Below, piece by piece: positions 38,503-50,379 of a DNA stretch of 64,000 bases. Under the pieces are notes generated by a model. It had not been told where the DNA came from. It saw only the letters and a list, made by a program, of their open reading frames with translations, and searched no databases. Numbering within the stretch: the first letter of the stretch is position 1; each line of letters opens with the position of its first letter. Origin of the DNA: Tubiluchus corallicola (taxonomy: Eukaryota; Animalia; Priapulida); NCBI GenBank assembly GCA_030141605.1, contig JAQGDQ010000234.1, forward strand, positions 248,001 through 312,000, in the 5' to 3' direction. The position numbers were made by a program, and so were the translations under genes.

Positions 38503-40973
38503 CCTACAAACAGGTGTTACAAAAGGCACTTGAGCTGAACATGCCTTTGCAATAAACTGACTTTGCAAATGTCAGTGGTTAAAACCATTTTCTGAACAAC
38601 ATTCTCAATGCCAATAAGACTAAAAATTATTACAAAATTCAGGGATTGTCCATGTTGACATCAAGCACTATCAAAGCTGTTTAATTTCAAACCTTACAAA
38701 ATGCTACATTTTAAAGGGAAATGTTTAGTTTTCAACTAAGTAACAATTAAACTGTGCATTAATGTTTTGTGTTGATAAAAATGAAATTAAAATGACTAAT
38801 GACGTATTATGCAATGTATAACACATGACAACACTGGCTATGTTTATGCAAGAGGGTGTTACTGATCAATCACATAATTCCTCTTGAACAGTCTGCAAGA
38901 GAATTTTGTAAATGCTGAAGGTGAGATAAAACAAAATATTGTATTTCTCAGGAGAAATGGCACGAGATGAGAATTAATAAGACGCAACGTTGAAGGTTTA
39001 ACTGATGAAGGGACTAAATGCTATGCTTGATTACCATGAATACTATATTCTCTAGATTAAATCATAATTACATTCTATGTTAAATTTGTTCAGTAATCCA
39101 ACAATAACAAAATGAGCATTGCCACAATGCATTTCAGTTACATGGTTATAAACTAATCCAAAATGCGAAGCACTGGGTTACAGGCTTTTATGGTCTTTTC
39201 TGCCCAACTGCCAGAATATGTTGTTTAGAGCTCTATTTACTGTTGTCATGGAAAGTGCTACCATGACAAAGTGTATGGCCAAGGTTTAGCTTTCTAGCTG
39301 CTGTACAAGTGAGCTAAGGCCCTTTAAAATGACTAACAAAACCCCAGAGAGCTTTCATCATTTTGACATCAATGCTCTCTATACTTACAGCCCATTCCAG
39401 ACAAGGTACAGCTTTTCTCTTATCCTTTCATTCACTCACTCTCTCTCTTTCTCTCTACTTTCATCTCTCTCTCATCCTCTCCTCTTAATTTTCTCACACT
39501 CACACTCTCTCACTGCCCCTCTCGTTCTAGTTGATTGTCTATTAAGCTTTGCCCATCAAATTCGTTATTAAACTATTAAGCCAAGCTTAGGTCGACCTGA
39601 GATGCAATGCAACTTGCCTCAACTGACAGGAAACAATCGTAGACACACACTCAGGTTGAGTGCGACTGATCTGCAGCAACTGCTCAGAACATACGAGTTC
39701 CCGTGAGTGGACACTTTTTCTACTGAAACAATACTTAATGGTTTAAAAATCTGTTATATTTTAAACGGAAATTTTTCTAAAAGCAAATGCCTATGTGTCT
39801 CCAGGGCACGATGATCAAGATGAAACAAAAAATTGGTTGAAACGATGGTAATAAGCTAATCATTAACAGATAATATATAAGCATTTATAGTTGCCATAGT
39901 ATCCAAATCTGTGAAAATTGGTATGCATAGTTGGCCTCACATGTAAATTTTGTATTACAAGGATGAGAACAACATAATGGCAAAGTGAAGTTAATGAACA
40001 GCTCTATAGCTCTATAGAGTTATAAGCAAGCAAGTGAGCCGACAATGTGAAAACTCTAGAAATGGACAAGACAAATTCTCAAAGATAAGAGATGAGAGTT
40101 ACAACCCCTTTGTTGTTCTGTGTTTAGTTATTTTGGCAAACTACAGATGTATATATGTTAAAAAAATGTCTGTGTTGACAGAGAAATTTTTATCAAAGCA
40201 CTCTGAAGGGATCGATTTTTAAAAATAAACACTGAACTACTTAAACTTGAATGTGAAACATTTAAAATTTCATTTTTAATTGTACAGCTGTGCTCAATGG
40301 GAGCCCATTTAGGAAGTTTTGTATCGCATGTAAAGTGTTCCTTTTGTCAGAATTACAACACTCAGCCCCTATATTTCATTTATAGGAAAAGTTCTTTTTG
40401 TACAATTATTAACAGTAGGAGCCTCCAATAAGCTGGAAATGTCTTGGCTTGAAAGTTGAAGCATATGCATGCATAAAAACACCTGAATAAGAAATACTTG
40501 AAAAAATAAGTTTATTAAATACTTTTACACAACTGTAATATTAAGAAATGTCCAAAATATCACATGAAAATTAAGGTAAAAGAATAAATTTCATATCAAA
40601 CGCTTTTGTCGATGCTGTAAGTTATAGGAGCTACTCACAAACTTACTGACAATTGATAAGCTAGCTTCATAAGATATAAAATGTTTTAAAAAAATACTGG
40701 GCAATGCAATGTGCCAGTGGTATATATTGATCCAACCTGCTTTTCACCTAACTAGTGGTAAGAGCAGACAGGGGATATAAATCTATATTAAAAATTTGGG
40801 TGGTAACTTGTTGTTGTTGGACTGAAACAACTATGTCACTGAATACTTTTCAGGAAAAAAATACTGTGTACAGTATACATCATGTCACACGATGATGAGC
40901 TTGCCTAGTCTATGATGTCAATTAAAACAAGTTTGATGTTAACTGGCCATATATTAACAGAATGATTACTCAT

Positions 40974-42245
40974 TCATCTAAACAATCTATTAGGTCTGTT
41001 ACAATACCTTTTATAGCATGCCAATGAGCATAAAATAGCAGTTACTGGTACACGCATATTACCATGGTCATTGATTGAAGCTACATTACGAGCAATGTGT
41101 CTTACATCTACAGTCAATGTACGTTTCATGCATGTTTCAAAGCATGACCAGCCACACAAGCACATCTTAGCAGAATCTAAATAATGACACAAAAATAAAG
41201 GAAGCGTCTCTACTGAACAGAAAATCTCATATTTTTTCACGAGTCTTGCTGCAATTTCAGTCAATGTTGGAATGTTTAATACTGGTGCTTCTGTGCCTTC
41301 ATCTACACTATCGTCTGCTAGATGAAAAGGATTGCCATACAGATCTAATGTCTCTAAATGTAAATGAATTATACTGCCCGGCAAAGATGTCAACTGATTA
41401 TGCAAACACATGAAGAATTGCAGACTCATCAAATTACCTATATTCTTAGGCAACTCAGTCAGCATGTTGTGACTTAGTCTGAGTGTAACAAGACTTTTGA
41501 GCTCGCAAATCTCATCTGGAAGAGTTTGCAATTGATTGTTGCTCATATCTAAACAACAAAGTGATTTCTTCAACGAATTTGCAATGCATAGTTCGACTGG
41601 AAATGTCTCAATCTGATTATTCTGCAGGTACAGCTCTGCTAAATTTGTCAAACTATTTAGCTCTATGGGTAGAACTTTGATCTCATTGCTGCTTAGATCT
41701 AAGAAAGTCAAATTTTTCAACTTTGGAATTCTTGTGTCAAATCGTTTAAGATTACACATGTTTATTCTAAGAGTTCGTAACTGTGAGGGAAAGCCCGTCG
41801 TAAGGGGATAATCTTTCCGAGACGTGATAACCAGCTTAGTCTTTGGCTTTGTCACCTGAGCACTGGACGCTGGCTTTAAACTCGACAGTTTCACTTTACT
41901 CAGTTCACTTCCTTGCAAGCTAAGTTTTAACGCAGACAGAAATCCCTTGAGTTGTATCTTATCTGCATCACTAATAATTAGATCATGAGGCGGATCCTTA
42001 AAACTGATAGTGGCTTTGCCTTCATCTACAAACTTTGTAAACACCTGGGGTATGTTACCCTGAACTTTGTATTTTGTTCCATTCTTATTCTGCATGTTGC
42101 AAACTAAGATAAACAAAGTTCTCGTCTCTGAAGATGAACTGGCATGGCGCCCCAAAGACAAAGATGTGTGAATTTTCCGCTTAGTGGAGAAGCCAAGAGA
42201 TGGCAATTCCCTATTGCTAATTTGCACGCTGCACTTGATGCGCAT
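40974..42245 (-). CDS. LRR1: Leucine-rich repeat protein 1 (CRL2 substrate receptor), 423 aa, single coding exon
   Basis: N-terminal MRIKCSVQISNRELPS...FTKFVDEGKATISFKDPPHDL (PIF1/LRR1 PH-like domain); KLVITSRKDYP; LRRs (LTFLDLSSNEI, LYLQNNQI, LDMSNNQL, LDLYGNPF); BC/VHL-box-like PTLTEIAAR; C-terminal CLCG...CSLAC. Confidence 0.95.
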   Translation of the reverse strand: MRIKCSVQISNRELPSLGFSTKRKIHTSLSLGRHASSSSETRTLFILVCNMQNKNGTKYKVQGNIPQVFTKFVDEGKATISFKDPPHDLIISDADKIQLKGFLSALKLSLQGSELSKVKLSSLKPASSAQVTKPKTKLVITSRKDYPLTTGFPSQLRTLRINMCNLKRFDTRIPKLKNLTFLDLSSNEIKVLPIELNSLTNLAELYLQNNQIETFPVELCIANSLKKSLCCLDMSNNQLQTLPDEICELKSLVTLRLSHNMLTELPKNIGNLMSLQFFMCLHNQLTSLPGSIIHLHLETLDLYGNPFHLADDSVDEGTEAPVLNIPTLTEIAARLVKKYEIFCSVETLPLFLCHYLDSAKMCLCGWSCFETCMKRTLTVDVRHIARNVASINDHGNMRVPVTAILCSLACYKRYCNRPNRLFR

Positions 42246-43891
42246 TTTGAAGTTAAAATAGATCTCTGATAACCAGCTGGTATCACTTTCAAAGCACGGC
42301 TTTTGATAATAACCTGGTAAACCTGAAAAACACCAGGAAACTATTTAGATGATTCTAATCACTACTTCAACATTTTGCATGCTGAAAATTATGTCATACT
42401 TTGTGAGAAAGAGTACATGCAGGTATAACCAAGCTGCCTCTGGTCATCCATACCTGATGTAATGATGTTTGCTGTTGAGATAACAAGAGTTGAACGTCAA
42501 TAAATTGATGCATCAATGGTAGATTGATGTGTTTTCAGTGAAGTGTTTCAGACAAAAAGTGCCTATTTTCGTTATCATCCACACGACCTTGACTAGCGAC
42601 TATTGAGTTTTGTCTGATCTAATTCTCTACGTAAATTCTCTATCGCAGTACATCAAGAAAGGCATCTCGTTAGACACCAAGAAATATATAAGGAAGACTA
42701 AAGCCTTTATCAAGATTGCTTCAAGAGCATATATAAGTTCAAAAGCAGATATTACACATAATACTTACACTAGTAGCACATCACTTGACATTTCCTACAC
42801 CTTTTAATAGGACAAGATAAAAAATTGCTTGACGATGCGGTTCATTTTAGTAACAGATCCTGCTGACTGGGTGTCAAGTACTGCTTATTTATCTGTAAGC
42901 ACATTTAGGGTTGCCCAATCATATTGTTTGAACAAAACTAAAAATAAACCAAACTTTTCCTAAAAGATCAAAGTTAAATCAAGGAAAAGCTAAATGCTTT
43001 TAAAAACATACTTCAGGTTGTATTTTACAAAGTTGTGCATTTTGAGTAATGAAATGTGCAGTAGGGCTACTATAAATAATATTATAGCAGGGCTCAAAAA
43101 ATCGGTTGCCCAGGACAACTATTTATATTGGGCTATTGAAATAATTTAGTTAGTACTCCGTTCGGCTGTCTACATTTAAGATCTCTAAATGCATCGTGGT
43201 ATGCGAAATACCGTTTTTCAGCACTGCACAATACAACTCTTTCCTGATCGATATTGTAAGGTTAATTAACGTCATACAGCGTACATTCGCATATGCACCT
43301 CACAAAAGAAAAATTAACTATTTACAGACAGTTAGGATTTTTGATTCGGTCTCTTAACCTCCCAAGTCTGGTTCTGGTTCCCACGGCGCCAGAGAGAATC
43401 CAGCATTAGAACAATTGCAAGAACTACAATGTTATAAAGGCAGATTTTGTCCCACAAAATGTCAAGTGTAGGTGCTATAGATTATGGGTGAGAATTTTTG
43501 GGTGATGAGATTCAATGACGTTGGGAGAAATTTCATTTCAATTTTCTTTTATTCTGTATCTTCAATTCAATTACATTCAGTTTCATAGTTAAGTATATGC
43601 TATGTAAATATTGTAAATATATGTAATTTTGTACGTCACATAACACACCACTGTTATAATTCATGCACCTTAAAGAAGGGTAGCTTCCTCGAAACTGCTT
43701 ACAGTTATGATACCAACACTTAAGCCACTCTTATTATCAATGTTGTACATTATACATTTTTGATTTGCACGTGTGAAATAAATTGTTCTTATGTCTCATA
43801 ATGTCTGTGCTTTACTGCTAAACAAATTTTAGTTTCAGAATTCCTGTACGACTAAAACAAATAAAAACAATGCACACTTGACTTGGACTTA

Positions 43892-44629
43892 CTCGGCGCT
43901 ATTACACTTTCGCACCGCCTAGCTTTTTCTAGGTTATTGCTCGTTTCTAGGCTCGTACATCATCATTCTATTATTCTTACGTCATCAGTGAATGTTTCCG
44001 CTAATCTAATTGTAATTTAATCATATATTTAGGTATAATTACCAATAATTACGCTGTATTCACAGTTCTACACCTATACAGGGTGTATCGCCATCTTGTT
44101 TGTGTGTGTAGTCACGTGACGAATTTCGTACTAGTTTATGCATTATCAGGGCCTAGCTTAAAAGCACGTGACACACTTTCATCTTCACCGCATTTACGAA
44201 ATAAAGAAAAAACCTTAACTTTTTTATAATCTAATAGTAATAATACTACAGTAATAAATAAAATTAATGATAAATAACTGTTCCGTTCCAGGCGCACCCG
44301 CGATACGATACAAACTCCCCGTAGATGCAACCATAATAATCATAAATTATGCGAAGAAACTAAAAATGCATGTTAAGGGCCACATCGTCACTACGCAAGA
44401 GCGATTGCGCATTTGTGGTGTAAACACGGTTATTCACGTGCAGCTTTTTGCGTAATGGCGGCGATAAGTAATGTATGATTTTAATCTGGAATTATAAAGC
44501 GTAAAAAGCACTAATATTATGGGAATATGGTGTATATTACCCCTGTTGGTCTGCTTTCTGGCATGCAGGCGTGAAAAGAACCAATAGGCCAGGAAAAGCT
44601 AGGCAGTGCGAAAGTGTAATAGCGCCGAC
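43892..44629. mobile_element. PIF/Harbinger (Tourist)-like MITE, ~45-bp TIRs, TTA TSD
   Basis: Left TTA|CTCGGCGCTATTACACTTTCGCACCGCCTAGCTTTT; right AAAAGCTAGGCAGTGCGAAAGTGTAATAGCGCCGAC|TTA. Confidence 0.85.
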
Positions 44630-45028
44630 TTACTCTATAGACTATATATTTCAATATTTCAACTTACTCTGCAAGTATGTTACTTGTTAGTAAATTTTGT
44701 GATAGGCCTAGTGCAGCAGCCCGTCAGCTGAGAAGACAAAAAGAGAGCCTGATTGATCATTACAAGATGGACTCCCGCTAGTTGATTGACGTTTTTCCCA
44801 ATTTCTAGATCAAGAGCCCTGCATAAGCAAGCGCATCTTGCTGCACAAACCGTCACCATGACCACTCAAGTTTGTTAAAATTCTATCACAAGTTTGACAA
44901 AATTTTCACAATTAGCTAGTCGGCTACAATATCACTGACCCAAAAACGATCTTGAAAAAAATTGGAATTTTTATTACCTGAATACTTTCGAAATAACTTT
45001 GTTCTTCACTCTTCTCATACCATCGCTA

Positions 45029-46470
45029 CTGTAGGGCGCCGAGTAACCCACTAGCCGAAGTAGGACACTTCCGGTAAAAAGCATGTGCTAAATTTGCGGG
45101 AAAGCAGTGTCGTACATGGGCAGCCCAAGTACGTAACTGGCGATTTTTGACGAGAATCGAGAAGTATGATGACATAGTAAAACATAAAACTAAATTTGTT
45201 TTAGGAAGAAAGTAACTTTATAGTCCTTGACAATTTACAAAATTAATGTATTTTTTCAATAGTATCATCAGCATTATTAGTTCCATTAAATCATTATAAA
45301 ATTAAATGACTAATGCTTTAAAGAGAGAAACTATGCACACAGTTATTACAGAAATCATTGCAAGTTTGAAAATAAGACAGATACTGCTAAACCTTCACAA
45401 CACAAAAAAGTAATTTTCAATATTTAGGAAAAGCAAAAACAATTAGTTTTAATAATACTGTTACAGTGGCACCTGGATCGGGTCAGGTGTAGGGCCCCTA
45501 CACGCCCTGCTTCCACGTCAACAGCGACTCGCCCCTTTCTTGTAGGTCCAGACGTCTTGTTTGGGCCTACATGTGGTGTGAGAAGCCAGCTGACCTGGAA
45601 TGCCAGTATAAAAGCGTGTAGAGGTCACTACAGCCTTGATTTTTGACACAGGTGCCCCTCAGGTGTAGTGCTGTTACTGAGTTAGTTAGTTATTTTTTTG
45701 TGCACATGTATTTTGTTCCCTATTTTTATTAGTTCTGATATTAAACTCCGTACAGTGTAGTTTCTGTGTATTTTATTTTATGAGAGCTAAATGACATGCT
45801 ATAACAGGTATATGGTACTAGTTTACAGACATTAACTTAGTTAATTGGCATAACATTTGTGATTAAAATTAACATTTGTAGTTAAGCAATCAGTTACACA
45901 ACGATAGCAAAATGGATCTTCATGATGCACAATATCAAGAGACCGCCATGCCATCCTGGAGGTCGGCCCCCTGAGTCGAATTCAGTCCAATATCAATAGA
46001 ATTGTAACACGTAGGGTGCTGTCGTACATGGTTCGCTAGCCCATGTAGGGCACATAGATAGCTAGAACGTTTACTTAGGAGGAAGCAATTATTTGTCCGA
46101 TAGGTAGCGAAATAGATTGCTTGTCTGTGAAGCGAGACATAATAAAAAATGATACCTTAGACAAACGTCAAAATCGCTAAAAAGTGAGTTTATTTCACTT
46201 CAACAACATTAATATCGAGACCAAATTTAATATTGTCCGTTCTACCAGCTCAGAATAAAATTCTTTTATTTTATCAACTGTATAATAAATTATTCAACGT
46301 CTATTGATGTTTTTAATTATTATTATTATTATTACATAAACAAGGACAGCAGACGGTGCCAGTATGTATAACTCATTAGTGCTAGTCCTACGTACGATGC
46401 GTCCTACTTGGGTTAGCCCATTTACGCCAATTGTCCTACTTTGGCTAGTGGCTCACTCGGCGCCCAACAG
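45029..46470 (+). mobile_element. TIR DNA element (~39-bp TIRs, apparent CTA duplication), superfamily unassigned, with a nested insertion
   Basis: Left CTA|CTGTAGGGCGCCGAGTAACCCACTAGCCGAAGTAGGACA; right TGTCCTACTTTGGCTAGTGGCTCACTCGGCGCCCAACAG|CTA; homologous to 15509-16246. Confidence 0.85.
45459..45806 (+). mobile_element. LTR-like segment nested in the TIR element
   Basis: Begins TGTTA, ends TAACA; TATAAAA at ~45607, ATTAAA at ~45740; absent from the 15509 copy; no clean TSD. Confidence 0.5.
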
Positions 46471-46599
46471 CTACAACAACTTCTAATGCGAAGTTGAAAA
46501 AGAGCAACTAGGTTGCAGGAACAAGTGAAATTCGTCATTTTATGCTACATTGTTTATAATAATTACTAAGAAAATCTGATTGTAGATACCGTAGCAGTT

Positions 46600-46696
46600 C
46601 CTTTATAGCATATTATCATAGTGCGCATGCTTAGCAACAATATAACTGCGCTATCTAGTGTACGTTTATACATTTACCGCCTAATGTCAGGTAAAA
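46600..46696 (+). promoter_or_regulatory. Candidate SAS-6 promoter and non-coding first exon
   Basis: NRF1-like TGCGCATGC (46622-46630) abutting an RFX half-site TAGCAAC (46632-46638); donor CAG|GTAAAA at 46690/46691. Confidence 0.4.
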
Positions 46697-47829
46697 CTAG
46701 CTCTTGCATTGTTGCTCTGATCAGTGGCTCTAATTTGCGGCTCAAACTTGCTAATTATGAACTGCCACATATTAGAAGTCATGCTAATAATAAATTTCAT
46801 AATTTTACAAATAAGGAGAACTGAAAATAATCTTCCAGGTTTTCAGTATTAATACACTGTGGACCGTAGCTCTCTGCTGAATGTTGATAGACCACTGTAA
46901 TGGCTTTTAACGTAAATTTAATTTGTAAAATTAATAGAAAGAATGTACAATTGTTATTATGCTGTTCTGTACTCTACAGGTGCCTATGACTTTGAAAGTT
47001 GAAGTAAGATTAGATTAAAATTGCTCATTTAATTCCCTTAAGTTTTACAGCACACGAGAGACATAATAATAATTTTGACAATGATTTATTTACAAACTAA
47101 TAAGTGTTTGTTAGTAGCCTACTTGGTGTTAAAAAGAAGATATGGTGTCAAGTAAGCTATGTATTTTCTTGACTTTCATAAAAATGATTTCTCTGAGGAT
47201 CAGTTGTCGGTCAGTTTATGTGATTATACTGATCTTAATTATAGCACAAAGAACACTCTTCGTAAATGAAGCTTAAAAAGTTTCATCTTGAAATTTTATA
47301 TTACTTATTCCGACTTAAATTATCATGTTGCAATAACACTGTGTAAACCTTGTAGATTTAAACTTCCACGATGATCATTAGGCACAGCCATTTTAAGGCT
47401 AAATTGTGTGAAACAAATTCAGGTAACACGTACTGCATCTCAATCATTTGTAGCATACTTCGCTAACTAAGCAAAAGTTTAAATTACTTTATATTGTTAA
47501 TGCAATCAATAATATGTTTTTTGGTGAATCAGTGGTACACACTGAGATGACGATGTATTGAAGTATTAATTGCAGTTTTACCAGGTAGCACAACTATTTT
47601 AAATAAATTTAATTAAGAATATTCCTTTTCAGTTACAGAAGTTTTTCAAAAAGGTAAGCATAATGCTAAGTAGTACACCTTTGTCTGGGACGTTCTTTGG
47701 GATATACTTTAAAACTTCTGTTTCTTTATCCTTCAGATTATTACTATTTGTTGTCACGTCAGCATATCGCTTTCTAGGCGACAAAATAATTGCTCATAGG
47801 ATCGAGGTTGCCAAATAATATACAGGGAA

Positions 47830-48330
47830 TTCACTAAACTATAATTTGCCCAAACAGAACATTCATTAATAAAAACGTAAACATACTCATTGCACTTTAT
47901 AAACCCATAGTCTGTCCAGTGTATGGAATACGCTAGGCCGGTTTGGAATCCGTACTTTATTGAAGATATATGCTTGACGCATATCCAAAGAAGAGTTGCA
48001 AAAATGGTTGAAGAGTTAAAGTGACTGGTCAGCGACTTAAGCATCTAGGTATGCATACACTATTAACTAGAAGGACGTGCGCTGATTTAATACAAACTTT
48101 CAAAGTCATTAAAGGAATTGATGATGTGGATGTTTTCCACATTTAAGAGCCATCAGAGGATGATGAGAGGACATCAGTTACCACTGTACAAGAAGTGAGC
48201 AAAGCTGGATTTCAGAAAATGTTATTTCAGTCATAGGATAACTTATTTGCGGAATGGGTTACCTGAAAAGGCTATGGAAGCACTTACAGTTAATCAGCCT
48301 TCCGTATATTTTAATGCCATTGAAGAACAA
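47830..48330 (+). mobile_element. CR1-type LINE 3' fragment
   Basis: EYARPVWNPY, IQRRVAKMV, RRTCADLIQTFKVIKG, RGH...K, YFSHRI..WNGLP. Confidence 0.8.
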
Positions 48331-48879
48331 AATATAGATTGAATTCATGAGAAACATGCCTGCAAACACTGAATTTTCTACAGTATGACACTACTACACT
48401 TAGTTATACATACGTAAGTTTTGCTGCATGTAGTGTACATAATGTATCAAATCATTATAACCATTGTAGAGCGGTACCATAAAGCGAATTCGAACATCCT
48501 ATGCTCACCCTTTGGCCTTTGAACTTTTATCTGTTGGCGGGTAGCGCTGCCAGGTGTTATCGGTTTAACTTGAACTGAATTGAATTACAACGATGCTTTT
48601 TCAACAGTTATTGGAACATGCAAAATTGAAGATTGTAGTTCGTAAGCGCGGTAATTTTGTGAAAATTAAATTAATAACTATTGCCTTTTTGTATTTGTAA
48701 TAAGGTCCTTGGAATTTTTTTGTATTTATTGATTTATTACTAATTAGGCACAAAAATAGTAAGCAGTAAAATTATATGGTCATGATCAATACGAAATAAA
48801 CAAAATGATATAAACAACGTTGGTTAATTTGCAATGTAGGTAAGGATGATACCCGGAGTGATTTATAATACAGAAACAT

Positions 48880-49225
48880 GCAGTGGCGTAACAAAAGGAG
48901 AAATGGGCAGGATGGAAAAAATTCAGAAGGATATGTTACAAAAGGGTTTTAGAGATAAAGCTTAATATGCTACCACTAAAATGTAATTATAGAAGTAAGT
49001 TTAAAGGAGATCTATGGACAGTATGGTGCCCACTGTGTGGTAAAGAAGAAGATACAACAGAGCATCTATTCAAATGTACGATGATAAGAAATGTGCTACC
49101 AACTACAGAAATAAATTTCCAAAATCTGATTGAGTCAGAAGATCCACAAATAGCAAAATAGTTGGAATTTGTTGAAATAGCAATGGAAACAAGAAAAAGA
49201 AGAGGTGTCGTGCTGGAAATTTAGC
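48880..49225 (+). mobile_element. LINE ORF2 C-terminal zinc-knuckle fragment
   Basis: LNMLPLKCNYR...CPLCGKEEDTTEHLFKC. Confidence 0.7.
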
Positions 49226-50379
49226 CAAAATAGCAATAGTCATACACAATTTATAAAGTATCAACGTTGATTATGTTAGTTGTGTCTTGCACGGTGATAT
49301 TCATTTGTGCCTGTCTAACCAGATAGAGTGGAAACCGAGGAAACAATGGAAACAACGAAAATTGTGCCCAGCACAATGTGCCATGGATGACAGCAAGGAA
49401 CTAAATCTTCAAACAGGTCACTGCCTGTCATCTATTAAGTTCATTGTATAGAACATCGTTGAGCAAGTTTTGATTCTTAATTTAATAGCCTGCGTTTAGA
49501 TAAATAGATAATTTATTCATCTCCTTGAGTAGGTATGAGTACACACAATATGAATCAAAACAAACAAAATTCAATTTGAGTGGAGAAAGGGTGGCAAAAA
49601 AAGGGTGACACTAAGAAATAATAGTAATGGTGCTAGCAGTCAATATTTTAAACAGGTAATTGGAGTAGGATGTGAAAAATTCAGAAAAAATAAAACTGTG
49701 ATAGTTACGTGAAATAAAAATAATAAATTTGATTAAATGTCAAGGCATGAGAATTGCAAATAAGATTAAGCAAATTACCAGTCTAAAATAAGGTTGTAAT
49801 AAGCTAATAAGAAAAAAACATGACTAAACAAAAATAAGCAAATGATTAAATTTTACAATAATTAAATACACAGTTACATTTAAACATAAACCAATACTCA
49901 CATGTGGCGTAAAATAAGAGGGAGCAAATTATAAATATGCAACATATCTCCATGCATTTATCTTTTGCAAAATAAAGAAAATAAGTAAATAAACTAAAAA
50001 AACAATAAACAAAATTGGCAAAACTGATCAAAATAACATATGCTATAACTATAACAAAATAACTATATGAAGCATACACAGAAAACATATGCAAAACAAA
50101 ATCGAGTAAATTCAAAGGAAAAAAATAACTGGCATATAAGCAATACATGCATGATCGTGCATTTACCATTTATCAGCTTCTGCTTGATGCACAAATTACT
50201 AACAAGAAATTTTGACTGTTTCTACGCTTCTATACAGTGTAAGGTAAAATTTGCTGGATGAAATACTACATAAGAACAAAATTTAACTTAGGGCTAGAAT
50301 AAAATGACTGTAGACTTGATATTAGCTCAAATGTGAAAAACAATAACTATAAATTTAAATTTATTGGGTGGCTATATAA

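Noticed and set aside
39410-39530. CT-rich tract with an 80-aa ORF
   Set aside because: Degenerate (CT)n low-complexity sequence; the Ser/Leu-rich translation is an artefact.
49846-50169. Hydrophobic 107-aa ORF as a membrane protein
   Set aside because: Low-complexity T-rich sequence downstream of an L2-type fragment; a compositional artefact.
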